Positions 20,108 to 32,090 of a DNA stretch of 64,000 bases are shown one piece after another. The stretch is from assembly GCA_964588955.1 (NCBI GenBank), contig CAZPQJ010000004.1:5677-69676 (forward strand), read 5' to 3'. Every line of letters begins with the position of its first letter. The first letter of the stretch is position 1. Both the position numbers and the translations under genes were made by a program. Source of the stretch: an uncultured Gammaproteobacteria bacterium (GTDB lineage: Bacteria; Patescibacteriota; Patescibacteriia; UBA9934; CAMTUG01). Under the pieces are notes generated by a model. That model searched no databases, was not told the origin of the DNA, and saw only the letters and a program-made list of their open reading frames with translations.

Positions 20108-20977
20108 ATGACGATCGTTGAGTCCCTCACCTGGGCCAACAACAAACTGAAGAATCAGTCGGACGTTGGTGCACCGATGCTCGACGCCCAGCTTCTGCTT
20201 GCCTGCGTGCTCAACGTTTCTAAAAACTATCTCTTCACCCATTTTTCTCAAGAACTGACCGAACAGCAATTTGATCGCTTCGAAGCACTCACCGAACGTC
20301 GCCGCCATCACGAGCCCATCGCTTACATCATCGGCTGGAAAGAATTTTATGGCCGGCCGTTTAAGGTCAGTAATTTTGTGTTGATTCCCCGACCAGACAC
20401 CGAGGTGTTGATCGACGAAACCAAACGTCTGTGCGAAGGGGCAAAAGATTTGTTGCTCGTCGACATCGGCACCGGCAGCGGAGCGATTGCCGTCACCTTG
20501 GCCGCGGAAACGGGGCTGCCGGTGTTGGCGGTAGATGTGAGTCAAGAAGCGCTGGTCATTGCTCAACAAAATGCCAACGTCCATGGCGTGGCAGACCACA
20601 TGACCTTTTTGCACGGGAGCGTAATTGAGCCCATCAAACCAGAAATGACCGCCTCGCTCAACGAAGTGATTATCGTCGCCAATCTTCCCTATCTTACCAG
20701 CCGCCAATTCGCCTCTTCCGAACCCGACCTGCGCGACTACGAACCGCGCCTCGCTTTTGATGGCGGTGTGGATGGCCTCGACGTCTACAACCAACTCTTT
20801 CGTAAACTCCAAGCACGCCGCGGAGATTTTCCCCGCAAGCTCACGGTGCTAATCGAAATTGATCCCAGTCAAAACGAAAGCGCCCCGCGTTTAATCAAAC
20901 AATATTTTCCTCACGCTGACATACGTGTGATGGATGATTTGAGCCATCAACCGCGCATTGTTATTTCTACACTTTAG
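20108..20977 (+). CDS. prmC: release factor glutamine N5-methyltransferase (HemK/PrmC)
   Basis: Start taken at MTIVESL (ATG at 20108); SAM-binding VDIGTGSG and the N(L)PY catalytic motif; classic prfA-prmC adjacency. Confidence 0.85.
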   Translation: MTIVESLTWANNKLKNQSDVGAPMLDAQLLLACVLNVSKNYLFTHFSQELTEQQFDRFEALTERRRHHEPIAYIIGWKEFYGRPFKVSNFVLIPRPDTEVLIDETKRLCEGAKDLLLVDIGTGSGAIAVTLAAETGLPVLAVDVSQEALVIAQQNANVHGVADHMTFLHGSVIEPIKPEMTASLNEVIIVANLPYLTSRQFASSEPDLRDYEPRLAFDGGVDGLDVYNQLFRKLQARRGDFPRKLTVLIEIDPSQNESAPRLIKQYFPHADIRVMDDLSHQPRIVISTL

Positions 20978-21053
20978 CCTTCAGCGACCAGAGGGTTGAC
21001 ATCTCCTTCCCTTTCAGGCACACTCGCGCCGTCCCCAACCCAAGGAGTTTTCC

Positions 21054-21647
21054 ATGCGCGTGCACGGTCCCTGCCGCATCCTCCCGACCACTGTTCCCCA
21101 CAAGGTGGGTCATATGCGCCAAGCCCGAGACGGCAGCATCTGGGCCGCCCTGGAACATCCGCTGGGGCGCTGGTGTGCGAGGGTCGACGGCCACTACTTC
21201 GTCGCAACCGACATCGACGACACTGCTGCCATGATGTCGGCGGCGATCCGTATCACCAACAACAACGGAGCGGGGATTGAGCTGACACTCCCCGAAAAGA
21301 GTGGTCCGATTCGCGTCCTTGTTCTCACCGACGACGAGGGCGGACGCCCCAACATGCGTACCATTGACGACGTGGAAGTTCCGCTCACGACGTACATGAC
21401 CTGCGATCTCCTGCGCGACGGAGGCATCCGCTGTGCGACTCTCTCGTCAGATGCCGACGGTATCCTCAACGTCGTGCCCGACGAAGGGTACGCGGTGGAA
21501 TTCACTGCCCGCGGCAACCTGGTGTGTCCGCACTGCCACGTACGCATCCAGCTCGGCCAAATGCGGAAGCACAATGGCCCCTGCCCGCGTTGCGAGCACC
21601 CACTTCCGGAGCTCGCCATCCCCTTCGTGATTCCACCGTTCCCCTGA
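21054..21647 (+). CDS. hypothetical protein with C-terminal CxxC...CxxC zinc ribbon (GC-rich orphan)
   Basis: 197 aa; AAGGAG 8 nt upstream of the ATG; TTGACA at 20994; C-terminal CPHC ... CPRC. Confidence 0.5.
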   Translation: MRVHGPCRILPTTVPHKVGHMRQARDGSIWAALEHPLGRWCARVDGHYFVATDIDDTAAMMSAAIRITNNNGAGIELTLPEKSGPIRVLVLTDDEGGRPNMRTIDDVEVPLTTYMTCDLLRDGGIRCATLSSDADGILNVVPDEGYAVEFTARGNLVCPHCHVRIQLGQMRKHNGPCPRCEHPLPELAIPFVIPPFP

Positions 21648-21753
21648 ACTGACGTTCCTTCTTATCTTCTCGCCCCACCGCGCCAGCCGGCTCTCGTACC
21701 CAACGAGGCCGGCGTTCTTGTTTGATTGACGAAACGTTAAACCACGTGAGAGG

Positions 21754-22551
21754 ATGCAAAAACTCAGGAAACGTCTGAGCAACAACACACGGAGTACAAA
21801 CACCATGACGACCGAAACCCTGAGCTGGATGCAGACCCGTTGGGAAGGCCGGATGACCGCCGGCCAATGGGTCGACCTGTGGCAGATGGCCAACGCAACC
21901 GGCAATCGAACGCTCGCTGCCATGCTCCTGGAATCAGCCTTCCGCGAATCCACCACCTGCCACCCGGAGGTGAACGCCATCGTCTTCGAAGTCGCCGATG
22001 GCGAATCGGTCTACCGCCACAAGCAAGGATGTCGGGCGTGCAACGCCTACTTCATGCGCGCTGCCAGTGCCGAGCCGTGTGCGATCACCAGGCTCGCTGA
22101 AACAGCACGCGCCGCCATCGTCTACGGCCTGCTCAACCGCGGAGGAACTTCGGCCATTCGCTGGCTACAGGAAACAGACGATGCCATCGGCGTGAAAATC
22201 ATGGGCTACCTCTTCACCCAAGCCAGCTGGCTGGAGAGGGACAAGCACGAACAAGAGGCTGTCCGAGCCTTTCTCTGCGATCTGAAGCCCTCATGGCTAC
22301 ACGCACGCGACGACCTCGAACGGCGTCGGGTTTTCCTGCGCACGCTCTGCCAGTGGGGGTTGAGCCACAAAATTGATCCGGTCACCACGAGTCCGGATGC
22401 CGCAAACGTCAAACTTCTCGAGGAAATTGCCCGGGAGAACGGAGAAACAGATCTCACCACGATCTACGGCAACAACCTCGCACCGGCCTACTGTCGTTCC
22501 GCGGCCGGACGTGCGCTTGCCCTCGGCATCCTGCTGACGCCTCCCCGCTAG
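21754..22551 (+). CDS. hypothetical protein (GC-rich orphan; start may be 21805)
   Basis: 265-codon ORF; the internal ATG at 21805 has GGAG 10 nt upstream; no recognisable motif. Confidence 0.5.
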   Translation: MQKLRKRLSNNTRSTNTMTTETLSWMQTRWEGRMTAGQWVDLWQMANATGNRTLAAMLLESAFRESTTCHPEVNAIVFEVADGESVYRHKQGCRACNAYFMRAASAEPCAITRLAETARAAIVYGLLNRGGTSAIRWLQETDDAIGVKIMGYLFTQASWLERDKHEQEAVRAFLCDLKPSWLHARDDLERRRVFLRTLCQWGLSHKIDPVTTSPDAANVKLLEEIARENGETDLTTIYGNNLAPAYCRSAAGRALALGILLTPPR

Positions 22552-22561
22552 TCTTACAAAA

Positions 22562-22601
22562 ACACCGGCCGCTCCGTACGGGAGAGGCCGGTGGATCTTT
22601 T
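22562..22601 (+). terminator. intrinsic terminator after the two-gene GC-rich cassette
   Basis: 8-bp stem caccggcc / ggccggtg followed by gatcttttt. Confidence 0.5.
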
Positions 22602-23659
22602 TACAAACTCTCCACAACCTCTACCCATCTTTGTCCTGCATTTAATGCAATCTCCACTCCTTGTTCATCATAATATCTAAGGACGTCGGTGGCGGTGGGT
22701 TTTTTCCAGGTCATTTTTTTTACAATCCCGTCTTGCAGCAACAAACCATCCCCCTCACCGATCGTGTCGATCGACAAGCGTCCGATCGCGTCGAGCACGG
22801 TCATATTTGTGGCGATCACCGCAATCACGTGCGCTTGGATCGGCGTGCCATCGGCCATGAGCTGTGCATCGGTATTTTCGTAGCGGCTGTAGGTGTTAGT
22901 CTCGCGATCATATTTCCACACGGCACGATACAGCGATGCGCCCATCTCTACGGTGAAATCTTCCACCTCGGTTGGACGCTCTTCCAAGGCCGCGTCATCT
23001 TTAAACGTCATCAGTCCGTAGTCAGGCACCGAAACCTCCGCATAGCGCAGATGCAACCCCCGCGCCAGCAAGTCCGTCGACGTATACACATTGTGTGGTG
23101 CCGCACGATCCGGAGCACGCCAAAACTGATACTGATTAAAAAACTCGTTGAGGTCGTAAACATCATCCGTCGTTTTTAACGTTTCCAGCGCCTCCGGTGA
23201 TCCACCAACATGAGCATACAGCGCTCCATAAGCCGAAGCCCAATCGATGTAATACGGACGTGCTGAACGCACCGGACCGATCTTGTCGACGGTCGCGTCA
23301 GCGGCATACAAGGCAAGCAAGCGCGGAATACCCCCTTCGGCCGGCGCCTCCATAACCTCGAAGGCCTGGTCAACCCCAGACTGTGGCCAGGCATCGGCAG
23401 AATTTTCTACCATCACCGCATACACCATTGGACGCGCCACTTCCGCGCCCGTCTTCTCCCCCGTCAGCGGATGAAGAAACATCTTCTCGCCTTCTTCGAC
23501 AATCGCATCCGCACCTCCCCTTGAACCAATAAACCCTTGTCGATACAAATTCCAAACTGAAACGCCAAGCAAAATGAGCGCCATACTCATGGCGCCCACC
23601 AAAATCTTCCTCCTGTTTTTCTGCGCAAGCGTTGAAAGCTTGGCAAGATCGATGTGCAT
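22601..23659 (-). CDS. DUF3048-like membrane-anchored protein
   Basis: 352 aa; N-terminal TM anchor; the central PYYIDWASAYGALYAHVGGS region resembles the YerB/DUF3048 family. Confidence 0.5.
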   Translation of the reverse strand: MHIDLAKLSTLAQKNRRKILVGAMSMALILLGVSVWNLYRQGFIGSRGGADAIVEEGEKMFLHPLTGEKTGAEVARPMVYAVMVENSADAWPQSGVDQAFEVMEAPAEGGIPRLLALYAADATVDKIGPVRSARPYYIDWASAYGALYAHVGGSPEALETLKTTDDVYDLNEFFNQYQFWRAPDRAAPHNVYTSTDLLARGLHLRYAEVSVPDYGLMTFKDDAALEERPTEVEDFTVEMGASLYRAVWKYDRETNTYSRYENTDAQLMADGTPIQAHVIAVIATNMTVLDAIGRLSIDTIGEGDGLLLQDGIVKKMTWKKPTATDVLRYYDEQGVEIALNAGQRWVEVVESL

Positions 23660-23661
23660 GG

Positions 23662-24333
23662 TTATTCGGCTTTGGTTTCTTCTCCTTCTTTGGCTTCCTC
23701 TTCTTTACCCTTCTTCTCCACTTCCACCTGGCTGACATCCGCTTCAACTTTTTCATCCAAGGCGGCCATTTCCGCTTCCGAACGCGGCGCTTCTACCGTA
23801 GCCACGGTGAAGTCCGCGTCGGTCAATACTTCCATTCCTTCAGGCACGACAATGTCTTTCACTTTCACCGCGTCATCGAACGTTTTCAACAGAGAAACGT
23901 CCACGTCCAGCTCGTGCACCAACTTGCTTGGCAAACAGCGCACTTCAATTTCTTCAATCGACTTCACCAGCGTTCCCCCAAGAGCATGAACAGCTACGGA
24001 ATCGCCAATGAAGTTCAGACCGATCTTGGCTTCGATCGGTTTCGACATGTTGACTTGGCGGAAGTCAATGTGGATGACGTCATGGCTCAACGGATCGCGT
24101 TGCACGTCTTGAATCAAGACTTTGATCGCCTTGCCATCAAGCATCAAATCAATAATCGTGGATTCCCCCGCTTGCTTGAGGGCGCGACCGAAAGCTCCGG
24201 ATTCAATCGCGATCGATTGTGGCTCAATTTCCGAACCGTAAACAACGGCCGGCACATTGCCTTCCAAACGCGCGGCGTAGTTCTTACGACCGACTTCTTC
24301 TCGTTTCACGGCGTTGAGGGTAAGCGTTTCCAT
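23662..24333 (-). CDS. rplY: 50S ribosomal protein L25 (Ctc form) with acidic C-terminal tail
   Basis: 223 aa; N-terminal L25 domain (RLEGNVPAVVYG) plus Ctc-type C-domain and an EEK-rich tail. Confidence 0.9.
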   Translation of the reverse strand: METLTLNAVKREEVGRKNYAARLEGNVPAVVYGSEIEPQSIAIESGAFGRALKQAGESTIIDLMLDGKAIKVLIQDVQRDPLSHDVIHIDFRQVNMSKPIEAKIGLNFIGDSVAVHALGGTLVKSIEEIEVRCLPSKLVHELDVDVSLLKTFDDAVKVKDIVVPEGMEVLTDADFTVATVEAPRSEAEMAALDEKVEADVSQVEVEKKGKEEEAKEGEETKAE

Positions 24334-24407
24334 ACGTAGCAGATCAAATTCAGTTCAAAGTAGCCGTATTAAACAAAAAAACGCGGGATTCGTCAAGGCG
24401 GCACCCC

Positions 24408-24743
24408 TTAGCCACCAAGTTTCCTAAGGATTTCACCATTTTCCAAACCTTGATGCACAGTCATGACATCATCGATCGAGACGCTCCCACCCGACTGAAA
24501 CTTGACCACGTCGTCGAATGACAGATCTGTCACCAAGCCGACAGAACTGACCCCCGCCTTAGTTACGAGTACCAACGCCAGCATGGCATTGGCGCAGCGA
24601 CGGCAACGCACGTGCAACAAATGCGTATCTCCATCTTCGCCGAGCACTTGTGCCTCCATGGGATTGAACTCTTCTTCACACAACGGACAATACGAAACAA
24701 TCCGCAAACCGTCGTGCCAGAAGTTGGAGGGCAAAGTAGACAT
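24408..24743 (-). CDS. hypothetical zinc-ribbon protein
   Basis: 111 aa; CPLC ... CRRC four-cysteine arrangement; divergently oriented to the 734-aa orphan across a 59-bp AT-rich spacer. Confidence 0.5.
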   Translation of the reverse strand: MSTLPSNFWHDGLRIVSYCPLCEEEFNPMEAQVLGEDGDTHLLHVRCRRCANAMLALVLVTKAGVSSVGLVTDLSFDDVVKFQSGGSVSIDDVMTVHQGLENGEILRKLGG

Positions 24744-24802
24744 ACGTTGAATTTAGTATAGCAGGAGTTTATAATCCTACAATGTCATACACAAATTAAG
24801 AG

Positions 24803-27007
24803 GTGTTATACTACACACATATGCGTGAAGGTGGTGAAAGACCAACATTTGATCTTGGGGCGAAAATAACAAAAGGCGCTGAATGGGTGATGGACCGACC
24901 GACGCCGCGAGCACTGACGGCGATCGTGGCCAGTGTTTTGTTGCATGGAGCTATTCACAATCGTGAACACATTGCGACAGCCGCCGAAAATCTTACCTAT
25001 CAAACCGTACAAGACACACGCTCGATGCTCCGAGAGATGAAAAAAGAGATGGCAGAGGATCCCGTCAAACGAGCCGAGAAGGACAAAAAAACGATCGACG
25101 CTCTCAAAAACAAACTCGCTGAACGAAGCGTGCCAGACTTTGATTTGACGCAAATGTACTTCGGTAGCGAATCACTCATAGAAGGCGTAAGCGAAGAAGA
25201 ACAAAAAGAGGCCACGGAAATCTATCAGGGCATTATCGATAAGGCTAACGAACTCAAAAACTCTGGAGCTTCTAGCGACGAAGTCTTGGGTTACATTTTG
25301 AAACAACAAGGTGTCTATGATGAAGACCAACCGCTTCTATCGGATCTGATGCGGGATCATCGCGGCAATTGCGAGGCACGCCTTAAATACATTACCTCCG
25401 CTGTTGAGGATCTTTATCCCGACACGGTCAATAATGGCGAACTCGGCGTTCAGCTTTTCGCACCCAACGTAGATGCGCATGGAGACATTCGTGAACCGCA
25501 TGTTCGAGCAATCCTGACCCAAAATGGGAATCGTTTTGTTTTAGAAGGTGATGCGATGTTTCCAGAAGAACCCGAAATGCACAATGCTCCCGTCTATGAG
25601 GTACGATGGTTAACGGCGATGGCTTTTTTAACGTCACGACAAGCAATGGACTATACCCAGGTGGGTCTGCGTCCCCAAACATTTATAGAGAAAAACAGCG
25701 ATAAACGACCAACCTTGTTCACCTACCTCCCCAGCTCGCCTATTTCCTATCCGGGAAATGCCGCGGGGCGTGATGAAATTAATCCCCAACCAGTCAACGG
25801 TTCCTGGGCAGGTTCACGAAGTCACACAAAAGAATATGAGGCATCGCTCATCATCGACCCGATCTCTGACACAGAAGTCGAAGAACACACAAAAGCAAGA
25901 AAGGCTCTTTTGGAAGACGAAGGCAAACAAAAGGATGAACAATTGTTCAATCTTCTTGCAAAAGGTGGTGATTTGTTTTCGTTAGAATGGTCAGGAAATG
26001 GCCTGGATCTTCAAAACATACCCGACAAGGTTCCTTTGTCTGCTGTGCAAGCCGCAAACCTAGATAAAAAAAATGGCATCTCAGCAATAGTGCTGCGTCC
26101 TGATCAGCAACCTTCTGTGGGACTTCAAGAACAGGGCATTGGCGAAATTATCTTTAACGGTGCTCCATCACCGGAATCATTGACGACGACTGACAAAAGA
26201 CAAATCGTTACGATTAAGGACCCAATGGAAGTGGGGAAGTCTTTTTCTTCAAAAAAGGATCTACAACAAGTGAACATTATTCTTCAAGACAAATCCCCGA
26301 CAGAAATCGGTCCAATTCCCTCCTTGCCAGAAACGGACTTGACTATTAGTCAAAAGGCTAAAAAAGGAGAGGTCTCATTTGTCGGAGGTGTTCCTCGTTA
26401 TGCCCATTATTTCCCAGCCCAATTTTTAGAAAAACAATCGTTCCGATCTTTACACTTGGACGGTATCATTCCCAACGGTTCACTCCACCTTGGTACAATC
26501 AAAGAGTACCTAAAAGTACAGACGTTGGCGCGCGAAGCCAAACTCTCTCCGATATCCGCAGACACCAATTTCTTTATCCTTGTCGCTCCGTATCATGCTC
26601 TCATTCCCAACCTTCTATCTGAACTCACGTTTAGTGGTGAAGACGCCCGTTTGGTTTTACAAGTAAAATCTATTGAACCAGAAGCGCTATCTGGGATCCA
26701 TGTAAAAACATTGCTGATTGGCGCCTACTTTTTGAATAACAGTCTCATGAGCGATTCCAAAGACACTAACGAGGTTGAAGCAGAAATGGCAACAACCCAC
26801 ATTAAAGACCACGCCTTCTCTGGGGCACAAATAGAAGAATTGGATATAGATAGCACCATGAAGGTGACCTTCGATCCCCTTGCGTTTGAAGGATCAACTA
26901 TTAAAAAAGTGGTGATCACTCTTGGTAGTAAAGAGAAGAAAAGAAAAAAAGAACTCGAAGCGTTGACGTTCCCAAAAGGAATTGAGGTGATTTATACTGA
27001 ATATTAA
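24803..27007 (+). CDS. large hypothetical membrane-anchored protein with putative transglutaminase-like Cys/His/Asp core (low-GC orphan)
   Basis: 734 aa from a GTG at 24803 (an ATG lies at 24821). One predicted TM helix (ALTAIVASVLLHGAI). RGNCEA, then PHVRAIL about 42 aa later, then FVLEGD 17 aa after that, matches the spacing of the transglutaminase-core catalytic triad. GC is visibly lower than neighbours. Confidence 0.55.
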   Translation: MLYYTHMREGGERPTFDLGAKITKGAEWVMDRPTPRALTAIVASVLLHGAIHNREHIATAAENLTYQTVQDTRSMLREMKKEMAEDPVKRAEKDKKTIDALKNKLAERSVPDFDLTQMYFGSESLIEGVSEEEQKEATEIYQGIIDKANELKNSGASSDEVLGYILKQQGVYDEDQPLLSDLMRDHRGNCEARLKYITSAVEDLYPDTVNNGELGVQLFAPNVDAHGDIREPHVRAILTQNGNRFVLEGDAMFPEEPEMHNAPVYEVRWLTAMAFLTSRQAMDYTQVGLRPQTFIEKNSDKRPTLFTYLPSSPISYPGNAAGRDEINPQPVNGSWAGSRSHTKEYEASLIIDPISDTEVEEHTKARKALLEDEGKQKDEQLFNLLAKGGDLFSLEWSGNGLDLQNIPDKVPLSAVQAANLDKKNGISAIVLRPDQQPSVGLQEQGIGEIIFNGAPSPESLTTTDKRQIVTIKDPMEVGKSFSSKKDLQQVNIILQDKSPTEIGPIPSLPETDLTISQKAKKGEVSFVGGVPRYAHYFPAQFLEKQSFRSLHLDGIIPNGSLHLGTIKEYLKVQTLAREAKLSPISADTNFFILVAPYHALIPNLLSELTFSGEDARLVLQVKSIEPEALSGIHVKTLLIGAYFLNNSLMSDSKDTNEVEAEMATTHIKDHAFSGAQIEELDIDSTMKVTFDPLAFEGSTIKKVVITLGSKEKKRKKELEALTFPKGIEVIYTEY

Positions 27008-28104
27008 CTACTAGAGGTTCTCACAGCAACGCTTTGGGCAAAGCCGACGAGCACCAAGGCCATCAGGAGTGACGAGCCGCCGTAACTGACCAGCGGCAAA
27101 CCAATACCGGTTACCGGTAACAAGCCGAGGTTCATACCAATGTTGACCGTCACTTGAATAGCGAACACAGCGGTGATGCCGAGCAGCAAATAGGTGGTGA
27201 AATCATCATGCGCGCGGCGGGTCAACATGAGCAGACGGAAAAAGAATAAGGCAAACGCGAGCAACAACAAGAGCACGCCCACAAATCCCAACTCCTCGGC
27301 GATGACGGCAAAAATAAAGTCGGTTTGGCTTTCTGGCAAAAACTTCAATTGACTTTGCGAACCAAATCCTAATCCTCTACCGAACATTCCCCCGGAGCCA
27401 ACGGCGATAATCGCTTGGGTCACGTTGTACCCGCGACCGAGCGGATCACGCGATGGATCCAAGAAGGTCATCACCCGCTCGCGCTGATAGGTGTCGAATG
27501 CCACAAACCAGGCCAACGAAACAGCAACAAGTCCCAAGGCAATCAACACCAACGCCTGTTTCCATTTCATCCCGGCAAAAAATAACAGGCACACCCAGAC
27601 ACCAACAATGACGAGGGCTGATCCCAAGTCCGGTTGTAATTCGACCAACCCGGCGGGCAACAAAGCAATCACTCCGCTGCCGAAAATCTCGCGCCAGCCA
27701 AACTGCCGCCGTGCCCGTTCGCTGAAATACTTAGCCAGCACAAGCACCACCACCACTTTCACAAATTCCACCGGCTGAAAGGAAAATCCAAATAAGGTAA
27801 ACCAACCCGTGGTGCCACGAATCGTCGAACCGAACACCACCACCGCGATCAAGAGGCCTATAGAAAAAAGATAGAGCGGCACGGTCCAGTTGCGAAACAG
27901 ACGATAGTTGGAAAAGGCGAGGGCTAAGGCTAAGGCCAAACCAACGACTAAGGCGATCCCTTGTTTGGTGATAAAGCCCAGATCGCCTGCTTGCGTCGAC
28001 AAGGCCACGGAATAAATCGCTGAAAACCCGAAAGCCATCAGCACCAAGGCGGCGGCGGCAAGGAGCCAATCAAACTTAGCAAATAATCCAAACAAGCGGG
28101 GCAT
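27004..28104 (-). CDS. SEDS-family peptidoglycan glycosyltransferase (FtsW/RodA)
   Basis: 366 aa, about 10 TM helices, conserved FtsW/RodA/SpoVE loop motifs. Confidence 0.9.
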   Translation of the reverse strand: MPRLFGLFAKFDWLLAAAALVLMAFGFSAIYSVALSTQAGDLGFITKQGIALVVGLALALALAFSNYRLFRNWTVPLYLFSIGLLIAVVVFGSTIRGTTGWFTLFGFSFQPVEFVKVVVVLVLAKYFSERARRQFGWREIFGSGVIALLPAGLVELQPDLGSALVIVGVWVCLLFFAGMKWKQALVLIALGLVAVSLAWFVAFDTYQRERVMTFLDPSRDPLGRGYNVTQAIIAVGSGGMFGRGLGFGSQSQLKFLPESQTDFIFAVIAEELGFVGVLLLLLAFALFFFRLLMLTRRAHDDFTTYLLLGITAVFAIQVTVNIGMNLGLLPVTGIGLPLVSYGGSSLLMALVLVGFAQSVAVRTSSS

Positions 28105-28110
28105 ACAACG

Positions 28111-29037
28111 CTAGCGCTTGCTTTTGACACGCTCGCGCACGTCGGGCACCAATTCACCATGCAAAGGCATGTAGATAGTAGGATCAAAAATATCCATGTT
28201 CGGAACAATCAACGTGGCATTCGCTTGTGGCACAGTGCCAAACCAATTAACCGTGATCTCCCGTGACTCCCCGCCAGCGAGCGATGGCGTGCTAACCGTA
28301 GTGACGCCCACAGGATGGTCGTTGCGGTACAAAACAACGGTAAACAACGGATCCCAAAAGCCGTAGGCGGAAGCGTTTTGCACCGTGAATTGCGTGCGTC
28401 CGATCGTGCTCGTGCCAAGCGTGACGGAGCGATCGAAGCTCACATCGGAGGTGACGAAATTGAGCCGTTCCCCTTGCCAAGCGGCATAGTCGCCAATGGC
28501 ATGATGATTGACGCGCGTCCAAACAATATTGCTGATTTGCAGCGTGGCTGAACGCGGAACCGTGCCGACCGTTACGCCGAGTGCCACGATGGGCTTGCGC
28601 AGCTCTGAAGGCAGAATAAATCCTTTCTGCACGTCGGTCGTCCCCTCCCCGTAGGTAAAAGCGTAATCAAAACTTGCCTCCCAATCCACGTTTGGGTTGG
28701 TGAGTTCGGCATAAAAATCTGCCCGAGTAGCATCGATACCAAATACGTCCGTCCCCGCCACGGTCAAACTGGCCGCAGCCCGCGGCCGAGAAACGGTATG
28801 AAAATGACCAACACCCTCGACAATGCCCCCGACCATTGCCCGCTCGGTAAAATAATCGTTGATGCCGAAATCAAAAAAGGCGTAGGCAGAAGAACCAAGC
28901 AACAAAAGATCAACACACAAAAAAATCCCCAAGGCGATGCCGCGAATGGTGCGACGATGATTAATCCAAAAGACGCTCCGTTTATAAAACGTGGCGAATT
29001 GTTTTTCCTCCGGCGCTAAGAGATTCTGCTCTTCCAT
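28111..29037 (-). CDS. hypothetical membrane-anchored protein upstream of and co-directional with the SEDS gene
   Basis: 308 aa; one N-terminal TM helix then a beta-rich extracytoplasmic domain; 6-nt gap to the SEDS gene suggests co-transcription. Confidence 0.55.
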   Translation of the reverse strand: MEEQNLLAPEEKQFATFYKRSVFWINHRRTIRGIALGIFLCVDLLLLGSSAYAFFDFGINDYFTERAMVGGIVEGVGHFHTVSRPRAAASLTVAGTDVFGIDATRADFYAELTNPNVDWEASFDYAFTYGEGTTDVQKGFILPSELRKPIVALGVTVGTVPRSATLQISNIVWTRVNHHAIGDYAAWQGERLNFVTSDVSFDRSVTLGTSTIGRTQFTVQNASAYGFWDPLFTVVLYRNDHPVGVTTVSTPSLAGGESREITVNWFGTVPQANATLIVPNMDIFDPTIYMPLHGELVPDVRERVKSKR

Positions 29038-29050
29038 GGCATCAGTATAA

Positions 29051-31159
<2,109 letters not shown>

Positions 31160-31261
31160 ACGAAGATTAGCCAAAAGAAACGCCGTCCGACCAGGGCGGC
31201 TTTTGGTTATCCCCACCTCTTGCCAAAACGGACCGCCTGCTGTATAGTTGGCACAGAAATC

Positions 31262-31282
31262 GACCCCCCAAGGGGGTTTTTA
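31262..31282 (+). terminator. GC hairpin (cccccc-aa-ggggg) plus T-run after gyrB
   Basis: Seen directly; it lies between gyrB and secE, so it may act as terminator or attenuator. Confidence 0.35.
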
Positions 31283-31327
31283 AAGATCCCTCCTACACCT
31301 AAACTTCGGAGGGCGAGCCGACTTCCT

Positions 31328-31531
31328 ATGAAAAAATTAATCAAAAAATGCTTTTCCTACGTTAAGGAGGTTCTCGAAGAGACCCGCAAAGTGACTTGGC
31401 CGAACCAGAAAACGACCACCCGCTACTCGATTATGGTGATCGCCGTGGCTGGATTCGTTGCCTTGTTCTTTGGCGTACTCGACGCCGTGTTCAACCTCGG
31501 CCTCGAAGGTCTGTTGAAGATCTCCAGCTAA
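31328..31531 (+). CDS. secE: preprotein translocase subunit SecE (short form)
   Basis: Start taken at MKKLIKK (ATG at 31328). A single TM helix follows the KVTWP motif typical of SecE, and it lies immediately upstream of nusG. Confidence 0.75.
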   Translation: MKKLIKKCFSYVKEVLEETRKVTWPNQKTTTRYSIMVIAVAGFVALFFGVLDAVFNLGLEGLLKISS

Positions 31532-31538
31532 CCCTTTT

Positions 31539-32090
31539 ATGGCAAAACAAGCAGAGTCAGCAAAACTTGGACGCCGCTGGTACGCCATCCACACGTACTC
31601 CGGCTACGAAGAGAACGTTTCCGGAAACTTGATGCAGCGTGTTGATTCCATGGACATGCACGACAAGATTTTCAACATCTTGGTGCCCAAGGAAAAAAAG
31701 ATCAAGATCAAAAACGGCAAGCGCCGAGTGATCGAAGAAAAGATTTTCCCAGGCTACGTGTTGGTAGAAATGGTGGTGACGGATGATTCTTGGTACGTGG
31801 TGCGCAACACACCGAACGTGACTGGCTTCATTGGAACCGGTACGACCCCGACTCCCCTTTCCGATGAAGAAGTCGCCGCCTTACAGAAACGCATGGGCGT
31901 GGACGAACCAGAGTTCAAACTCGACGTAACCGTCGGATCGATTGTGCAGATTACGGATGGTCCGTTCAAAAACTTCGAAGGAAAAGTTTCCGAAATCGAT
32001 CAAGCCCGCGGCAAAGTCAAAGTCATGGTCAACATGTTTGGCCGCGAGACGCCGATCGAGTTGGACTTCCTGCAAGTTAAGAAAGTGTAA
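31539..32090 (+). CDS. nusG: transcription termination/antitermination factor NusG
   Basis: 183 aa; NGN domain (WYAIHTYSGYE) and C-terminal KOW motif. Confidence 0.9.
   Translation: MAKQAESAKLGRRWYAIHTYSGYEENVSGNLMQRVDSMDMHDKIFNILVPKEKKIKIKNGKRRVIEEKIFPGYVLVEMVVTDDSWYVVRNTPNVTGFIGTGTTPTPLSDEEVAALQKRMGVDEPEFKLDVTVGSIVQITDGPFKNFEGKVSEIDQARGKVKVMVNMFGRETPIELDFLQVKKV

Noticed and set aside
23632-24339. 235-aa plus-strand ORF and the 128-aa Lys/Arg-rich minus ORF at 23370-23756
   Set aside because: Antisense to or overlapping rplY and the DUF3048-like gene, with low-complexity translations; shadows of the acidic tail coding region.
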